In this document: one piece after another, positions 9,431-19,731 of the stretch | Layout: every line of letters begins with the position of its first letter | Position numbering within the stretch: position 1 is the first letter of the stretch | Assembly (NCBI GenBank): GCA_965216785.1 | Contig: OZ244197.1 | Span: 2,368,001-2,432,000 of the forward strand | Source of the DNA: Thermodesulfobacteriota bacterium | GTDB lineage: Bacteria > Desulfobacterota_D > UBA1144 > Nemesobacterales > UBA2774 | DNA: 64,000 bases | Reading direction: 5' to 3' | Translations under genes and position numbers: made by a program | The notes under the pieces: model-generated | Seen by the model: only the letters and a program-made list of their open reading frames with translations | Told to the model about the DNA's origin: nothing | The model's database searches: none

Positions 9431-10924
9431 ATGGCTACCAATGATATAAATATTCTATTCGTCTCTTCCGAAATGGAGCCCTTCGTCAAAGTAGGGGGCA
9501 TTGCGGACGTAATAGGCACTCTACCCATAAGACTTGCGTCATTAGGTGCGGACGTCCGGGTGGTCATCCCATATTACCGACAGGTCAAAGAGAACTTAAA
9601 GGCACTCAAGCTCACACCTAAAACCCTGACAAAGAAACCAGTGTTCTGCCTTGACTGGCTGCCGTTTGAGTGTGAGATTAAAGAGGTTAAATATAAAAAC
9701 ATAAAGGTATATTTTATATGCAGAGACGAGCTTTTTGACAGGCGCGACGTCTATACGGACCAAAAGGGAGAGTTCCAGGATAACGACATTCGCTCGGGGT
9801 TTTTATCGCTCGGGGCGCTCGAGATCGCCAAAGCCGTAAAGTTCAGGCCCGACATCATACACTGCCACGACTGGCAGACCGCGCTTGTACCCATTTGTCT
9901 CAGGTGGCGAAAGCACCTAAAGGACGATGAGTTTTTTAAAGACTCCAAGGTCGTGTTCACGATTCACAACATCTCATATCAGGGCGAGTTCGGAAAGGAT
10001 ATTCTGGACAAGTTCGGCCTGCCGGCCTATCTATTTACCTCACAGGGACTCGAGCTGTTCGGAAAAGCAAACCTATTAAAAGGCGCTGTCCTTTACTCCG
10101 ACATGGTTACCACTGTGAGCCCCTCATATGCCGAGGAGATAAAGAAAAGAGAGTTCGGATACGGACTCGACGCGGTGCTAAAATGGATTTCCCGCAAGAA
10201 CAACAACCTTACGGGCATACTAAACGGCATAGACTACGACATGTGGGACCCGGATAATGACCGGGTGATTTATGAAAACTTTAATCCCAAGACAACTTCC
10301 AAGATAACAGTGAATAAGATAATGCTCAGAAAAGAGCTCGGCCTCGAGCCCGCGGAGGAAAAGCCGCTTCTGAGCGTAGTATCAAAGCTCACAGAGCAAA
10401 AAGGCCTCGACCTTCTCATAGAATGTCTCCCCCAGATCATTGATCTTGGCTACCAGGTGGCCGTTCTGGGCTCGGGTGACAAGAAATTTGAGAACATGCT
10501 CCGAAAAGCCAAGAACCGTTATAAAAGAGATCTGTCCGTGACAATCGGCCTCGATGATAAGCTCGAGAGGAAAGTCTACGCGGGCTCCGATATGTTCATG
10601 ATGCCCTCAAGGTTCGAGCCCTGCGGTCTGGGGCAGATAATAGCGCTTCGTTACGGCACTGTACCGGTTGTGAGAGGGACCGGCGGACTTCTCGACACAG
10701 TCCGGGACTACTCGGAAGATAGCTCTAAGGGCAACGGATTTATCTTCCACGAGCTCTCAAAGCTTAGCCTGCTGGACGCGCTCATCCGTGCAATCTCAGT
10801 CTATGAAGATAAGAAAAAATGGGAAAGGCTGGTCAAACGGGCTATGAAGGAAGACTATTCCTGGCGCATGTCCGGTAAAAAGTATTTAGAGATGTATAAA
10901 AGCCTTCTTAATCAAAGTAAATAA
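9431..10924 (+). CDS. glgA: Glycogen synthase
   Basis: KVGGIADV, HCHDWQT, FTIHN, NGIDY, QKGLD, MPSRFEPCGL, TGGL.DTV. Confidence 0.95.
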   Translation: MATNDINILFVSSEMEPFVKVGGIADVIGTLPIRLASLGADVRVVIPYYRQVKENLKALKLTPKTLTKKPVFCLDWLPFECEIKEVKYKNIKVYFICRDELFDRRDVYTDQKGEFQDNDIRSGFLSLGALEIAKAVKFRPDIIHCHDWQTALVPICLRWRKHLKDDEFFKDSKVVFTIHNISYQGEFGKDILDKFGLPAYLFTSQGLELFGKANLLKGAVLYSDMVTTVSPSYAEEIKKREFGYGLDAVLKWISRKNNNLTGILNGIDYDMWDPDNDRVIYENFNPKTTSKITVNKIMLRKELGLEPAEEKPLLSVVSKLTEQKGLDLLIECLPQIIDLGYQVAVLGSGDKKFENMLRKAKNRYKRDLSVTIGLDDKLERKVYAGSDMFMMPSRFEPCGLGQIIALRYGTVPVVRGTGGLLDTVRDYSEDSSKGNGFIFHELSKLSLLDALIRAISVYEDKKKWERLVKRAMKEDYSWRMSGKKYLEMYKSLLNQSK

Positions 10925-11106
10925 TCCCGCTCAATACTGTCCCGGGTTCTGAATCTCAATCCACATATTCGGTTTATCTTCACCATATTTCACGCTTTGA
11001 TCATTATTGCTGGTTCATATGATACAAATGCGGCGATATTGCAACAATATTTTTGTCTTCTGAGTTTAATATTACAAGGCACTAAAAACGAGTTTGAAGG
11101 AGAAAT

Positions 11107-12741
11107 GTGATGGAACGTAAGCTAAAGGCAATAGCGCTTATATTTGCAATTATCATGGGCTTTGGGATAACAGAGCGCGCCGAGGCCCGCACAGAAGTTA
11201 CACTGGACGTTTTCTACGACGCTCTCTCTCCGTATGGCGAGTGGATACAGCACGATTACTACGGATACATTTGGCAGCCTGTAGGAGTTGATGAGTACTG
11301 GCAGCCATACCGAGACGGCAACTGGCAGTACTCAGATGAAGGCTGGATATGGGTATCGGGCGAGCCCTGGGGCTGGGCCACGTATCACTACGGCAGGTGG
11401 GTGCCGGACGAGTATTACGGCTGGGTATGGATTCCCGGCGTAGACTGGGCCCCGGCATATGTAGAGTGGTACGACAGCCCGGGATACATAGGCTGGGCTC
11501 CACGGCCTCCCGACAGGAATTTTTTTCTAGAGATCGGTATCTCAGTAGGAGGCTACGGTTACTATCAGCCGGGATATGCCTTCAATTTCAGTTACTACAA
11601 ACCCTACAAAAGACGCCACAGAAGGCACCACCATCATAAAAGACACCACTACTACGCTCCCCCGGAGCACTGCGTCTATGTTCCCTACGAGCATTTCTCT
11701 CACAAAAACGCAAAGCTCGTAGCCGTAGGCGGTCCATACAACACTGTAGTTCACAGGAACACCACTAATATTACCAACGTCACGGTCATCAATAACAAAA
11801 CTGTTTACAAGGGCCCTGACAGACACCATGTGGAGCGCCGCTCGGGTAAAAAGATAAAACGGATTGACGTCGTCGAGCGCGATACGGTTACATACAGGGG
11901 AGGGCGCGACCTTACTAAAGTAAGGGGCAATAAATATGAGGTCTACAGGCCAAAAGTTGTAAAGAGCGGCCACGAGAGGCCCAAGTCCATTTCAAAAAGG
12001 CATAACGGGAAGCGGGGTTATGAGCCGGGATATAGAAAAGGCATGGAAAAGCTCGGAGCGTCTGAGAATCATTCTGTGGTTAACAGAAGCGGCGGCAATC
12101 TAAGGGGCGACTTTACCAAAAGAGAGGGATACAAGCAAAACGCAAATCAGAAATACGGGAATAAATACAAAGCCGGGAACCGGGGCTCAACGCTCGCTCC
12201 GGTAAAGAGCCCTAAGCTGGAAGTAAACAGGGACATAAACTCAAACAGCTACAAAAGCCAAAGCCCTTCAAGGTATGAAAAGACCTATAGTAACAAGAAC
12301 GGCATAAATAGAGATCGGGGACAAAGACAGTACAGAAATAAGTCCGAGAACTTTAAGCTTACAGGAAACTCTTCTAAAAACAGTGTGAGTAACAGGAGCA
12401 AAAACTTTAAGGCGATTAAGAGCCAGGAGAGAATCCAAAATTCTAAAAAGCCCCTCGGCGTTTCAAACAAAAGCCTGAGCCCGGCAAAAAACCAAAGGGA
12501 TAGGGCCGCGTATAGCTCTCAAAAAAATCAAAATAAATCCCGCTCACTCAACAAAGCTCAGCGGCAAAAGAGCTATACGAACCGGCAAGTGAATAAAAGC
12601 TACACATATAAGAAACCTGCAAATAAGAGTAATTCCAAAAACGGCGTTTCAAGAAACCCGGTTAAAAGGAGCTTTAACAACAGCAGGCAGAGTTTTGATG
12701 GCTTTGGTCAACGCTCGCTTAACCGTCAGGTGAGAAGGTGA
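11107..12741 (+). CDS. Secreted protein with a Trp/Tyr/Gly-rich (DUF6600-like) domain and a long basic low-complexity tail
   Basis: Signal peptide ending AEA; FYDALSPYGEW, W.PYRDG.W, EPWGWATYHYGRW; K/R/N/S-rich C-terminal half. Confidence 0.75.
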   Translation: MMERKLKAIALIFAIIMGFGITERAEARTEVTLDVFYDALSPYGEWIQHDYYGYIWQPVGVDEYWQPYRDGNWQYSDEGWIWVSGEPWGWATYHYGRWVPDEYYGWVWIPGVDWAPAYVEWYDSPGYIGWAPRPPDRNFFLEIGISVGGYGYYQPGYAFNFSYYKPYKRRHRRHHHHKRHHYYAPPEHCVYVPYEHFSHKNAKLVAVGGPYNTVVHRNTTNITNVTVINNKTVYKGPDRHHVERRSGKKIKRIDVVERDTVTYRGGRDLTKVRGNKYEVYRPKVVKSGHERPKSISKRHNGKRGYEPGYRKGMEKLGASENHSVVNRSGGNLRGDFTKREGYKQNANQKYGNKYKAGNRGSTLAPVKSPKLEVNRDINSNSYKSQSPSRYEKTYSNKNGINRDRGQRQYRNKSENFKLTGNSSKNSVSNRSKNFKAIKSQERIQNSKKPLGVSNKSLSPAKNQRDRAAYSSQKNQNKSRSLNKAQRQKSYTNRQVNKSYTYKKPANKSNSKNGVSRNPVKRSFNNSRQSFDGFGQRSLNRQVRR

Positions 12742-12769
12742 AGGTTTCAAGACAAGTAAAAGTGTAAAC

Positions 12770-12865
12770 GATGAGGTCTCGGGTCTAAGTCCAGAATGAC
12801 AAATATCACGTCATCCTGAACCGTGTCCTGAACTCGATTCAGGATCTATTCAGGATCTCATCTTT
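12770..12865. repeat. Inverted pair of GTCAT-family palindromic repeats
   Basis: gatgag...gaatgac followed by gtcatcctgaa...ttcaggatctcatcttt. Confidence 0.7.
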
Positions 12866-12928
12866 TTATCTGTTATTTCATTGAATGACATTTTCAACAA
12901 GTATCCAACCTGATATCATATTCACACC

Positions 12929-13303
12929 TTGAGTACTAACGAGCGTGCAGAGAAAATACATATTTCAGAGATAGATGAGTGTCTCGCTTCAAAAACACTG
13001 GCACGAAACGGAGCATCTATAGGTATTCATGTCGAGAAATCGGGCGACGAGGGCTATATCCTGGTTACGGATACCGAAGAGAGCGGGGCATTAAATGATA
13101 AAGCGGTAGACTTTGAGCTTTCCCCTTCTGAGTATCAAAACCTTGAGGACAAGGAATTGGACGATCTCTTAACAGCGCCCCTTATCACAAGCTCGGCTCT
13201 TGAATTGTTCGACTTCCTTTTGCTTCGGTTTTCAAGCTTCAGCTGTTTCTTAGAATTTACGGGGAACGCCTGGAAAGTAGATGTTTACAACTTCAGAAAA
13301 TAA
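12929..13303 (+). CDS. Hypothetical protein
   Basis: 124-aa ORF filling the intergenic space; no recognisable motif; start uncertain. Confidence 0.55.
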   Translation: MSTNERAEKIHISEIDECLASKTLARNGASIGIHVEKSGDEGYILVTDTEESGALNDKAVDFELSPSEYQNLEDKELDDLLTAPLITSSALELFDFLLLRFSSFSCFLEFTGNAWKVDVYNFRK

Positions 13304-13331
13304 CATACATATAAAGCCTTCTTGCCCTTAG

Positions 13332-15122
13332 CTAATGGGTTTTGCCGTTCAATACCTTTTCGATTGTACTGCTAAGCGCATTTACGCTATAGGGCTTTTT
13401 AACAATATCGACAAACCCGTATTTCTTATATTCGGACATGACAGGGTCGTTTGAATAACCGCTTGAGACCACAACTTTTACATCAGGATCAATGGATCTG
13501 AGAGCTTTGGTCGCTTCGCATCCGCCCATACCTCCGGGCACGGTGAGATCCATTATTACAAGGTCAAAACCTCCGTTACTCAGGGACTGCTTATATTTAT
13601 TTACCGCTTCCTCGCCGTCTGACGCGAACTCTACCTCATAACCAAGTTTTTTCAGCATCCGCCCTGTCGCGATTTTAATTAAGTTTTCATCATCCATCAG
13701 CAATATCTTGCCTCTACCCTCGGATATATTGTTCACTGTTTTTACAAACGTTTCAGAGGGTTTATCGCTGGCAGGTAGAATTACTTCAAACTTTGTTTGC
13801 TTCCCGGGTTGTGATGTTACATCTATACAACCTTTATGGTTATTTACGATCGAATATACGCTTGAGAGACCAAGCCCATGACCTTTTTCTTTTGTAGTGA
13901 AATAAGGGTCAAATATCTTCTGTAAATTTTCCTCCGGTATCCCTATACCACTGTCTTCAATTGCGATCTTAAGATATTTCCCGCTTTCGGACTCAATGAG
14001 TTCTGATTGATTGACTAAAAATTTACTTATACCTATTTTAATAGTCCCGCCCTCAGGCATAGCTTGCTGTGCGTTTAAAACCAGGTTCTGTATGACCTGG
14101 CTGATTTGTCCCTGATCGGCTTCAATGCCCCATAAATTATCCTCTATATCGAACTCACATTTCACGTTTGATCCGCTTAACGTAAAATTGGCAACCGTTT
14201 TAATAAAGCCGCTAAAATCGGAGATCGGTTTTTTGATCGGCGAGCCGCCCTTAGAAAAAGTCAACAGCTGCGTCACCAATTCAGAGGCCCTCACAGCAGC
14301 TTCCTCAGTCTCGAAGAACAACGTAAAAAGCTCATTATCTGTATTTGGATGGGTCTTGGCAATGCTGAGGTTACTCATTATCGATGTCAGTAAATTGTTA
14401 AAATCGTGCGCGATACCGCCAGCTAAGATGCCCAAGGATTCAAGCTTTTGTGATTTGCCGAGCCTTTCCTCCATCATTTTTCGGTTCGTTACGTCCTGCC
14501 ACATACCTACAATCAAATTGTCCTTGTCGTTCGGTGTTTTAATTAGCTTTGAGTAGTCGTAAAACCACTTGTATGAACCGTCGGCTGTACGCCATAGGTA
14601 CTCGTACTCATGAGATCCTTTATCCAGTAATTCATTAATATTCTTTAAGACGTGAGGTTTTTGATCCGGGTGGATATTATCTGCCCAAAAAGAGTTATTC
14701 GAGGTAAAGTCCTTAGGCTCATAACCGCTAATTTTTTTTACATTGTCGCTTACATAGGTTGTCTCGAAATTGCCTTCGGTTTTACATGTGTACAAGGCTA
14801 CAGGCAGGGATTCCAGCATAACTTGCAGTTTGTCAACTGTGGATTCCAATTCGAGCTCAACTTTCTCTCGCTCTTTGATTTCTTTCCTAAGTTTAATCGA
14901 TCTATAAAGTGAGAAGAAAAAGACTGCAACAAAAGACACTGCGGCAACACCTATAATTTCGTCCAGCTCCCATGGTTCGTATAGTGTCAACATGTAGTGG
15001 AGCTTCTCAAATATATCTAGATAGCTGGATATGATATAAGATATGACGAAGAAAACTATAAAGAATACAAATTCCTTATAGTCATGGAGTATATGTTTAA
15101 GAGTTTTTTTCCAGGCACTCAT
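13332..15122 (-). CDS. Membrane hybrid sensor histidine kinase (2 TM, PAS, HisKA, HATPase, REC)
   Basis: GGIAHDFNNLL, NLVLNAQQAM, DSGIGI, FDPYFTTK, GLGLS, LLMDDE..IMDLT. Confidence 0.95.
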   Translation of the reverse strand: MSAWKKTLKHILHDYKEFVFFIVFFVISYIISSYLDIFEKLHYMLTLYEPWELDEIIGVAAVSFVAVFFFSLYRSIKLRKEIKEREKVELELESTVDKLQVMLESLPVALYTCKTEGNFETTYVSDNVKKISGYEPKDFTSNNSFWADNIHPDQKPHVLKNINELLDKGSHEYEYLWRTADGSYKWFYDYSKLIKTPNDKDNLIVGMWQDVTNRKMMEERLGKSQKLESLGILAGGIAHDFNNLLTSIMSNLSIAKTHPNTDNELFTLFFETEEAAVRASELVTQLLTFSKGGSPIKKPISDFSGFIKTVANFTLSGSNVKCEFDIEDNLWGIEADQGQISQVIQNLVLNAQQAMPEGGTIKIGISKFLVNQSELIESESGKYLKIAIEDSGIGIPEENLQKIFDPYFTTKEKGHGLGLSSVYSIVNNHKGCIDVTSQPGKQTKFEVILPASDKPSETFVKTVNNISEGRGKILLMDDENLIKIATGRMLKKLGYEVEFASDGEEAVNKYKQSLSNGGFDLVIMDLTVPGGMGGCEATKALRSIDPDVKVVVSSGYSNDPVMSEYKKYGFVDIVKKPYSVNALSSTIEKVLNGKTH

Positions 15123-15348
15123 AATCTTTTACAGTACATATTTTCGAGTCGTTTATTCACATTGCTAAATAATCGTAAATATATATATTTTAGCACCTTT
15201 CATAACAGAATAATATTTAATGATAGCTTAATGTTACCTAAATTAATAGTATCTACCTTTATACTTTATTCCATTAGGTTCTCGCTTTATTTCCTAAGGG
15301 TTGAGCGCGACTAAAGTTAGCAGTAGGGTGAGTGCAGAGTTTCCGGCT

Positions 15349-16425
15349 TTAAAAGCGGTTGATCACTTCATAGTAGGTATTTCTCTGAGCGGGTGTGAAG
15401 CCTGCGGAGCGTATCATATGCACAAGCTCATCCAGGCTTGCGCGGTATTTGTTCTCAGCGCATGTGAGTACGTTCTCGTCAAATAGTGTCCCTCCGAGGT
15501 CACTTGCCCCATAGTGCATCGAAAGTGAACCCACTTTGTTGCCCTGGGTGAACCAAGAGCCCTGTATATGGGCGAAGTTATCCAGAAAGATTCTCGAGAG
15601 CGCAAGCACCCTCAGGTAGCGGTCTCCGCCCACTTCGTTCGGAAGCTTTCTTTCAAGAAATGTATTTTTAGGTTTGAACGTCCATGGAATGAAAGCAAGG
15701 AAATTGCCTGTTTCGTCTTGGAGAGTGCGAATGCGCTCCAAGTGCTCGATGATATCCTCATCTTCCTCAAAGTGCCCGAACATCATCGTGGCAGTGGTTT
15801 TAAACCCTTGAAGGTGGGCTTCTCTGGTGACTTTCATCCACTCATCGGCGTTTATCTTAAGGGGGCTGATTTTCTTTCTGACCCTATTGGTCAGCACTTC
15901 GGCGCCTCCGCCCGGTATAGTTCTTAGCCCCGCGTCCCAGAGCTGCTTTAATACATCTTGAGTGCTGATACCAGAATACTTGGCGATTGCGCTTATCTCA
16001 GGGGCCGAGAACATATGCAGATGAAGATCCGGAATCTCTTCGGTAGCCCTTTTCACAAGATCGATATAATAATCAAGCCCGATCTCGGGGTTATGCCCGC
16101 CCTGAAGCAGCACTGTCGTAGCGCCGTTATGATAGGAAGTCCTTAATATCTCAATTAATTTGTCGATACTGAGAGTATAGGCGTCCGTAGCGCCAGGGGG
16201 TCTCCAGAACGCGCAGAACAGGCATTCCGTATCGCACACATTCGTGTAATTCGGGTTTGTGTCCGCAACGAAGGTGACTGTGCCGTCGGGGTGGAATTTC
16301 CTCTTCTTCGAGTCCGCAAGCGCCCCCATGCGGGAGGTGTCGCACTCCTTGAGCATATGGAGCCCTTCTTCAGGGGAAATCCTCTCATCATTCATTATTT
16401 TGCCTATTATCTCGTTTACTTCCAT
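15349..16425 (-). CDS. mqnC: Cyclic dehypoxanthinyl futalosine synthase (radical SAM, CofH/MqnC family)
   Basis: NYTNVCDTECLFCAF, LLQGGHNP, PGGGAEVL, TATMMFGH, FIPWTF. Confidence 0.85.
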   Translation of the reverse strand: MEVNEIIGKIMNDERISPEEGLHMLKECDTSRMGALADSKKRKFHPDGTVTFVADTNPNYTNVCDTECLFCAFWRPPGATDAYTLSIDKLIEILRTSYHNGATTVLLQGGHNPEIGLDYYIDLVKRATEEIPDLHLHMFSAPEISAIAKYSGISTQDVLKQLWDAGLRTIPGGGAEVLTNRVRKKISPLKINADEWMKVTREAHLQGFKTTATMMFGHFEEDEDIIEHLERIRTLQDETGNFLAFIPWTFKPKNTFLERKLPNEVGGDRYLRVLALSRIFLDNFAHIQGSWFTQGNKVGSLSMHYGASDLGGTLFDENVLTCAENKYRASLDELVHMIRSAGFTPAQRNTYYEVINRF

Positions 16426-16514
16426 AGTGTAGTTAGTGAACCTAATGGTGCTCTTAGTGTCAATCCGTGAATAAATCTTGAGCGCTTGAAAAGTTAGTGT
16501 AGAGTATTCTTTAA

Positions 16515-17948
16515 ATGTTCCATTCGGCTCTGAAAATTCTACTCTTTATTAGCGCTTTTTTGATTCCCTGCATCCCGCTATCTCACAGTTATGAGCACGT
16601 CCTGAATGATAGCATGATGAGTATATACTCAGACGGCGAAAAAGTAGGCTACACCCGGATAGTAATAGACCAGGATGGGGGTAAAACAAGGGTAGATGAA
16701 GAAAGCGAAATAAACGTCACACTTCTAGGTAACGAGCAGACTGTTACTATAGATGCGCAATACTTTCTCGACGATTTTTTATTGCAATCTTTTGATTTTC
16801 AGATGAGCTCTGAAGCGGGTGATTTGAGCTCTTCAGGGGCTATGGAAGGAGAGGGTCTGAAAGTGAAAGTAAAATCGGTTTCAGGCGAAACAGATCTATT
16901 CCTAACGGCAAAAGAAGGACTGACAATATTCGCACTTCTACCTAAATGGCTCGCCAAGAGGCCGATGAAGGTCGGTGAAGTGTACGAAATACGCCTTTTT
17001 GAGCCATCGGCTGCAATCATGGGCGCTGATGCAGAGGACCTGATTTCAATAAATAAAGTAGAAGCCCTTGAGGTTGTAGAAACAAAGCATACCGGAGAAA
17101 TTGAAACCTTCAGGGTTGCCACTGAATTTATGGGCTCAGAATATACTTCCTGGATTACCCCGCAAGGCGAGGTCGTAAAGCAGATAATCCCCCCCGGTCT
17201 GACGGCTTACAACGAGCCAGGCGCTGAAAAAAACTCCGATCCTATGGCAACTTATGATATTACCGCAAAAACCTCAATCCCAACCGACTTGGAAATTAAA
17301 AACCCGAGGAGCCTTGAATATCTCCGCGCTCGGCTCTCCGGCCTGGACGATATGGACGAAAAGAGCATTAACGACGGCTACCGACAGCTATATGAAAACA
17401 ATGTTATCGAGATCCGCCCGCAGGACATTACGAACCCGGCGGACTATGAGCTTCCCTATAAAGCCCTTTCGCAAAGAGACTTTTTGTTGCCCACATCTCT
17501 AGTTCAAAGTGACGACGAGCAGATTAAGGCAAAGGCCCGTAAGATAGTCAAAAACGAAACCGACCCGGTGAAGGCAGCGTCTGAAATCAGCGCCTGGGTA
17601 TATAAGAACCTTAAAAAAGAAGGCACTGTAAGTCTGCCCAGCGCCCTCGACGTGCTTGAGACGAGAAAAGGGGACTGTAACGAGCATGCCGCGCTCTTTG
17701 CCGCTCTTTCCAGAGCGTCGGGTATTCCCACAAAGATTGTAATGGGTACAATATATATTGACGGTAGGTTCTACTATCACGCCTGGAACGAGGTGTTTTT
17801 GGGGCAGTGGGTAGCGGTTGACTCCACATACGGGCAAATGCCCGCGGACGCAACGCACATTAAGCTAATTGAGGGAGATTTAAAAAAAAGTGGGGAGATT
17901 ATGAAAGTAGTGGGTAAAATTAAGATTAAGATCCTGGACGCATCCTGA
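16515..17948 (+). CDS. Exported transglutaminase-like protein
   Basis: Signal peptide; Cys-His-Asp triad in GDCNEHA, HAWNEV, WVAVDST. Confidence 0.88.
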   Translation: MFHSALKILLFISAFLIPCIPLSHSYEHVLNDSMMSIYSDGEKVGYTRIVIDQDGGKTRVDEESEINVTLLGNEQTVTIDAQYFLDDFLLQSFDFQMSSEAGDLSSSGAMEGEGLKVKVKSVSGETDLFLTAKEGLTIFALLPKWLAKRPMKVGEVYEIRLFEPSAAIMGADAEDLISINKVEALEVVETKHTGEIETFRVATEFMGSEYTSWITPQGEVVKQIIPPGLTAYNEPGAEKNSDPMATYDITAKTSIPTDLEIKNPRSLEYLRARLSGLDDMDEKSINDGYRQLYENNVIEIRPQDITNPADYELPYKALSQRDFLLPTSLVQSDDEQIKAKARKIVKNETDPVKAASEISAWVYKNLKKEGTVSLPSALDVLETRKGDCNEHAALFAALSRASGIPTKIVMGTIYIDGRFYYHAWNEVFLGQWVAVDSTYGQMPADATHIKLIEGDLKKSGEIMKVVGKIKIKILDAS

Positions 17949-17949
17949 T

Positions 17950-19728
17950 ATGAGCCGATTAAATATTACTACAACATTCCTCTTGTTCAGTTTACTGATA
18001 GGGGGGTATTTTCTGGCCTCATGCGCTCAAAAGAGCGCTCCCGAGCCTTTTCTCGAGGGAGGCGCTATAACAGAGGAATTAGAGCCTTCGGCTCAGGCAA
18101 AGGCCTATTATCACTTCACACTTTCAAGATACAATTTCCAGAACAGAAATTTTCAGGAAGCTCTGCGGGAGCTCGAAACAGCGGAAACCTATGATCCCGA
18201 TTCTGCCTATTTAAAATACAACCTCGCCGTGATTTACATATCCGCGGGCAGGGCTGAGGAAGCGCTTGCAAAGCTCGAGCAGTCAATAGAGATTGATCCG
18301 GAGTTCTCCCCCTCCTACACCTTACTGGGTAAGGCCTATTCACTCTCTCAGAACACAAAAGACAAAGAAAAATCGCTAAAGCTTTTAAAACGCTCTGTGG
18401 AGCTGAACCCCGAGGACGCGGAATCATACCTCTTTATAGGGATCCTGCAGACCGAAGACGGGGATTACAAAGCCGCGGAGCAGAGCTTTAAGAAAATTAT
18501 AGCCCTCTATCCCGATAACGAGAAAGGGTACTATTTTTTGGCCAGAGTTTATTATGAGAGCGGCGACTATCCTCAGGCCGAGCATTATTATAAAGAAGCG
18601 CTAAAGATAAACCCCGGGTTCGTTACCGCGCTCGCCGAGCTTGCCCTCACATACGAAAAGCTCGGGAGAATAGAAGAGTCCGAGGATATATACAAAGAAG
18701 TAATTGCCCTGTTCCCGAACAGTCTGGAGTCCTATGTGCGCTACGGTAATTTCCTTTTCAGGATAAACCGGATGGACGACGCGACCGAGCAGTTTGAAAA
18801 GGCGCAGAGCCTTGACTTCAGAAACCCCGATCTCAAGCTCAGACTGGGTCTCCTGTACATCGAAAGCGGAGAATACGAAAAAGCTATAGAGGAGTTTCAG
18901 CTTATTACGCTTACCGACCCCTCGGATGAGCGCGCGAAGTACTACCTTGCCGTAGCCTACATCGAGACCGGGAATTACGAGGAGGCGCTAACGCTGCTTG
19001 AATCTATCCCCCCGGAGTCGTCTCTATATAACGAAAGCCTTGTCCAAAAAGGGTTCATATACGATAAGTCCGGGGACACCAAACAATCCCTCGCGCTCAT
19101 AGAAGACGCTTACAAGAGAAATCCTGAGAACGAAGTCATAGTCAATTATCTTGGCTCTCTTTATAGAAAGCTAGACCGGCACGAGGACGCGGTATCGCTC
19201 TATAAAGGTTATTTAAACAAGAACCCAAACAGCCAGACAATTTACTATTCCCTCGGCGTTACCTATTACTTTATGGACGAGCAGTACAAGTCCATAGACG
19301 CCATGAAAGAGCTGATTCGTATTAATCCCGAGCACGCAGACGCTCTTAACTTTGTGGGCTATACGTATGCGGAGATGGGGGAGAACCTTGATGAGGCTGA
19401 GGTGCTGATACAAAAGGCCAATGCCCTCTCGCCCAACAAAGGGTATATAATCGACAGCCTCGGCTGGGTTTACTACAAGAAGGGCCGCTACGATGAGGCA
19501 GTCGAGCTGCTGCAAAAAGCCGCTAGCCTGGAGCCCGGCGACCCGGCGATCATGGAGCACCTGGGTGACGTGTATTACGACAAGGGCGATACGTTAAAAG
19601 CGCTTGAGTATTATGAAAAGGGGATAGCGATGTTCCGTGATTATGAAGGCGAGCCCGACATGAAGCTTAAAGAGAGGCTCGAGCAGAAAATAAATACAAT
19701 AAGACAGAAAATGAGCGTCGAAAGTTAG
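17950..19728 (+). CDS. TPR-repeat lipoprotein
   Basis: Lipobox LASC; many TPRs; C-terminal ALNFVGYTYA..DSLGWVYY..EHLGDVY. Confidence 0.9.
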   Translation: MSRLNITTTFLLFSLLIGGYFLASCAQKSAPEPFLEGGAITEELEPSAQAKAYYHFTLSRYNFQNRNFQEALRELETAETYDPDSAYLKYNLAVIYISAGRAEEALAKLEQSIEIDPEFSPSYTLLGKAYSLSQNTKDKEKSLKLLKRSVELNPEDAESYLFIGILQTEDGDYKAAEQSFKKIIALYPDNEKGYYFLARVYYESGDYPQAEHYYKEALKINPGFVTALAELALTYEKLGRIEESEDIYKEVIALFPNSLESYVRYGNFLFRINRMDDATEQFEKAQSLDFRNPDLKLRLGLLYIESGEYEKAIEEFQLITLTDPSDERAKYYLAVAYIETGNYEEALTLLESIPPESSLYNESLVQKGFIYDKSGDTKQSLALIEDAYKRNPENEVIVNYLGSLYRKLDRHEDAVSLYKGYLNKNPNSQTIYYSLGVTYYFMDEQYKSIDAMKELIRINPEHADALNFVGYTYAEMGENLDEAEVLIQKANALSPNKGYIIDSLGWVYYKKGRYDEAVELLQKAASLEPGDPAIMEHLGDVYYDKGDTLKALEYYEKGIAMFRDYEGEPDMKLKERLEQKINTIRQKMSVES

Positions 19729-19731
19729 ATT

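Noticed and set aside
15349-16425. F420 biosynthesis CofH or MqnE assignment
   Set aside because: LLQGGHNP and FIPWTF fit MqnC better; no cof genes are adjacent.
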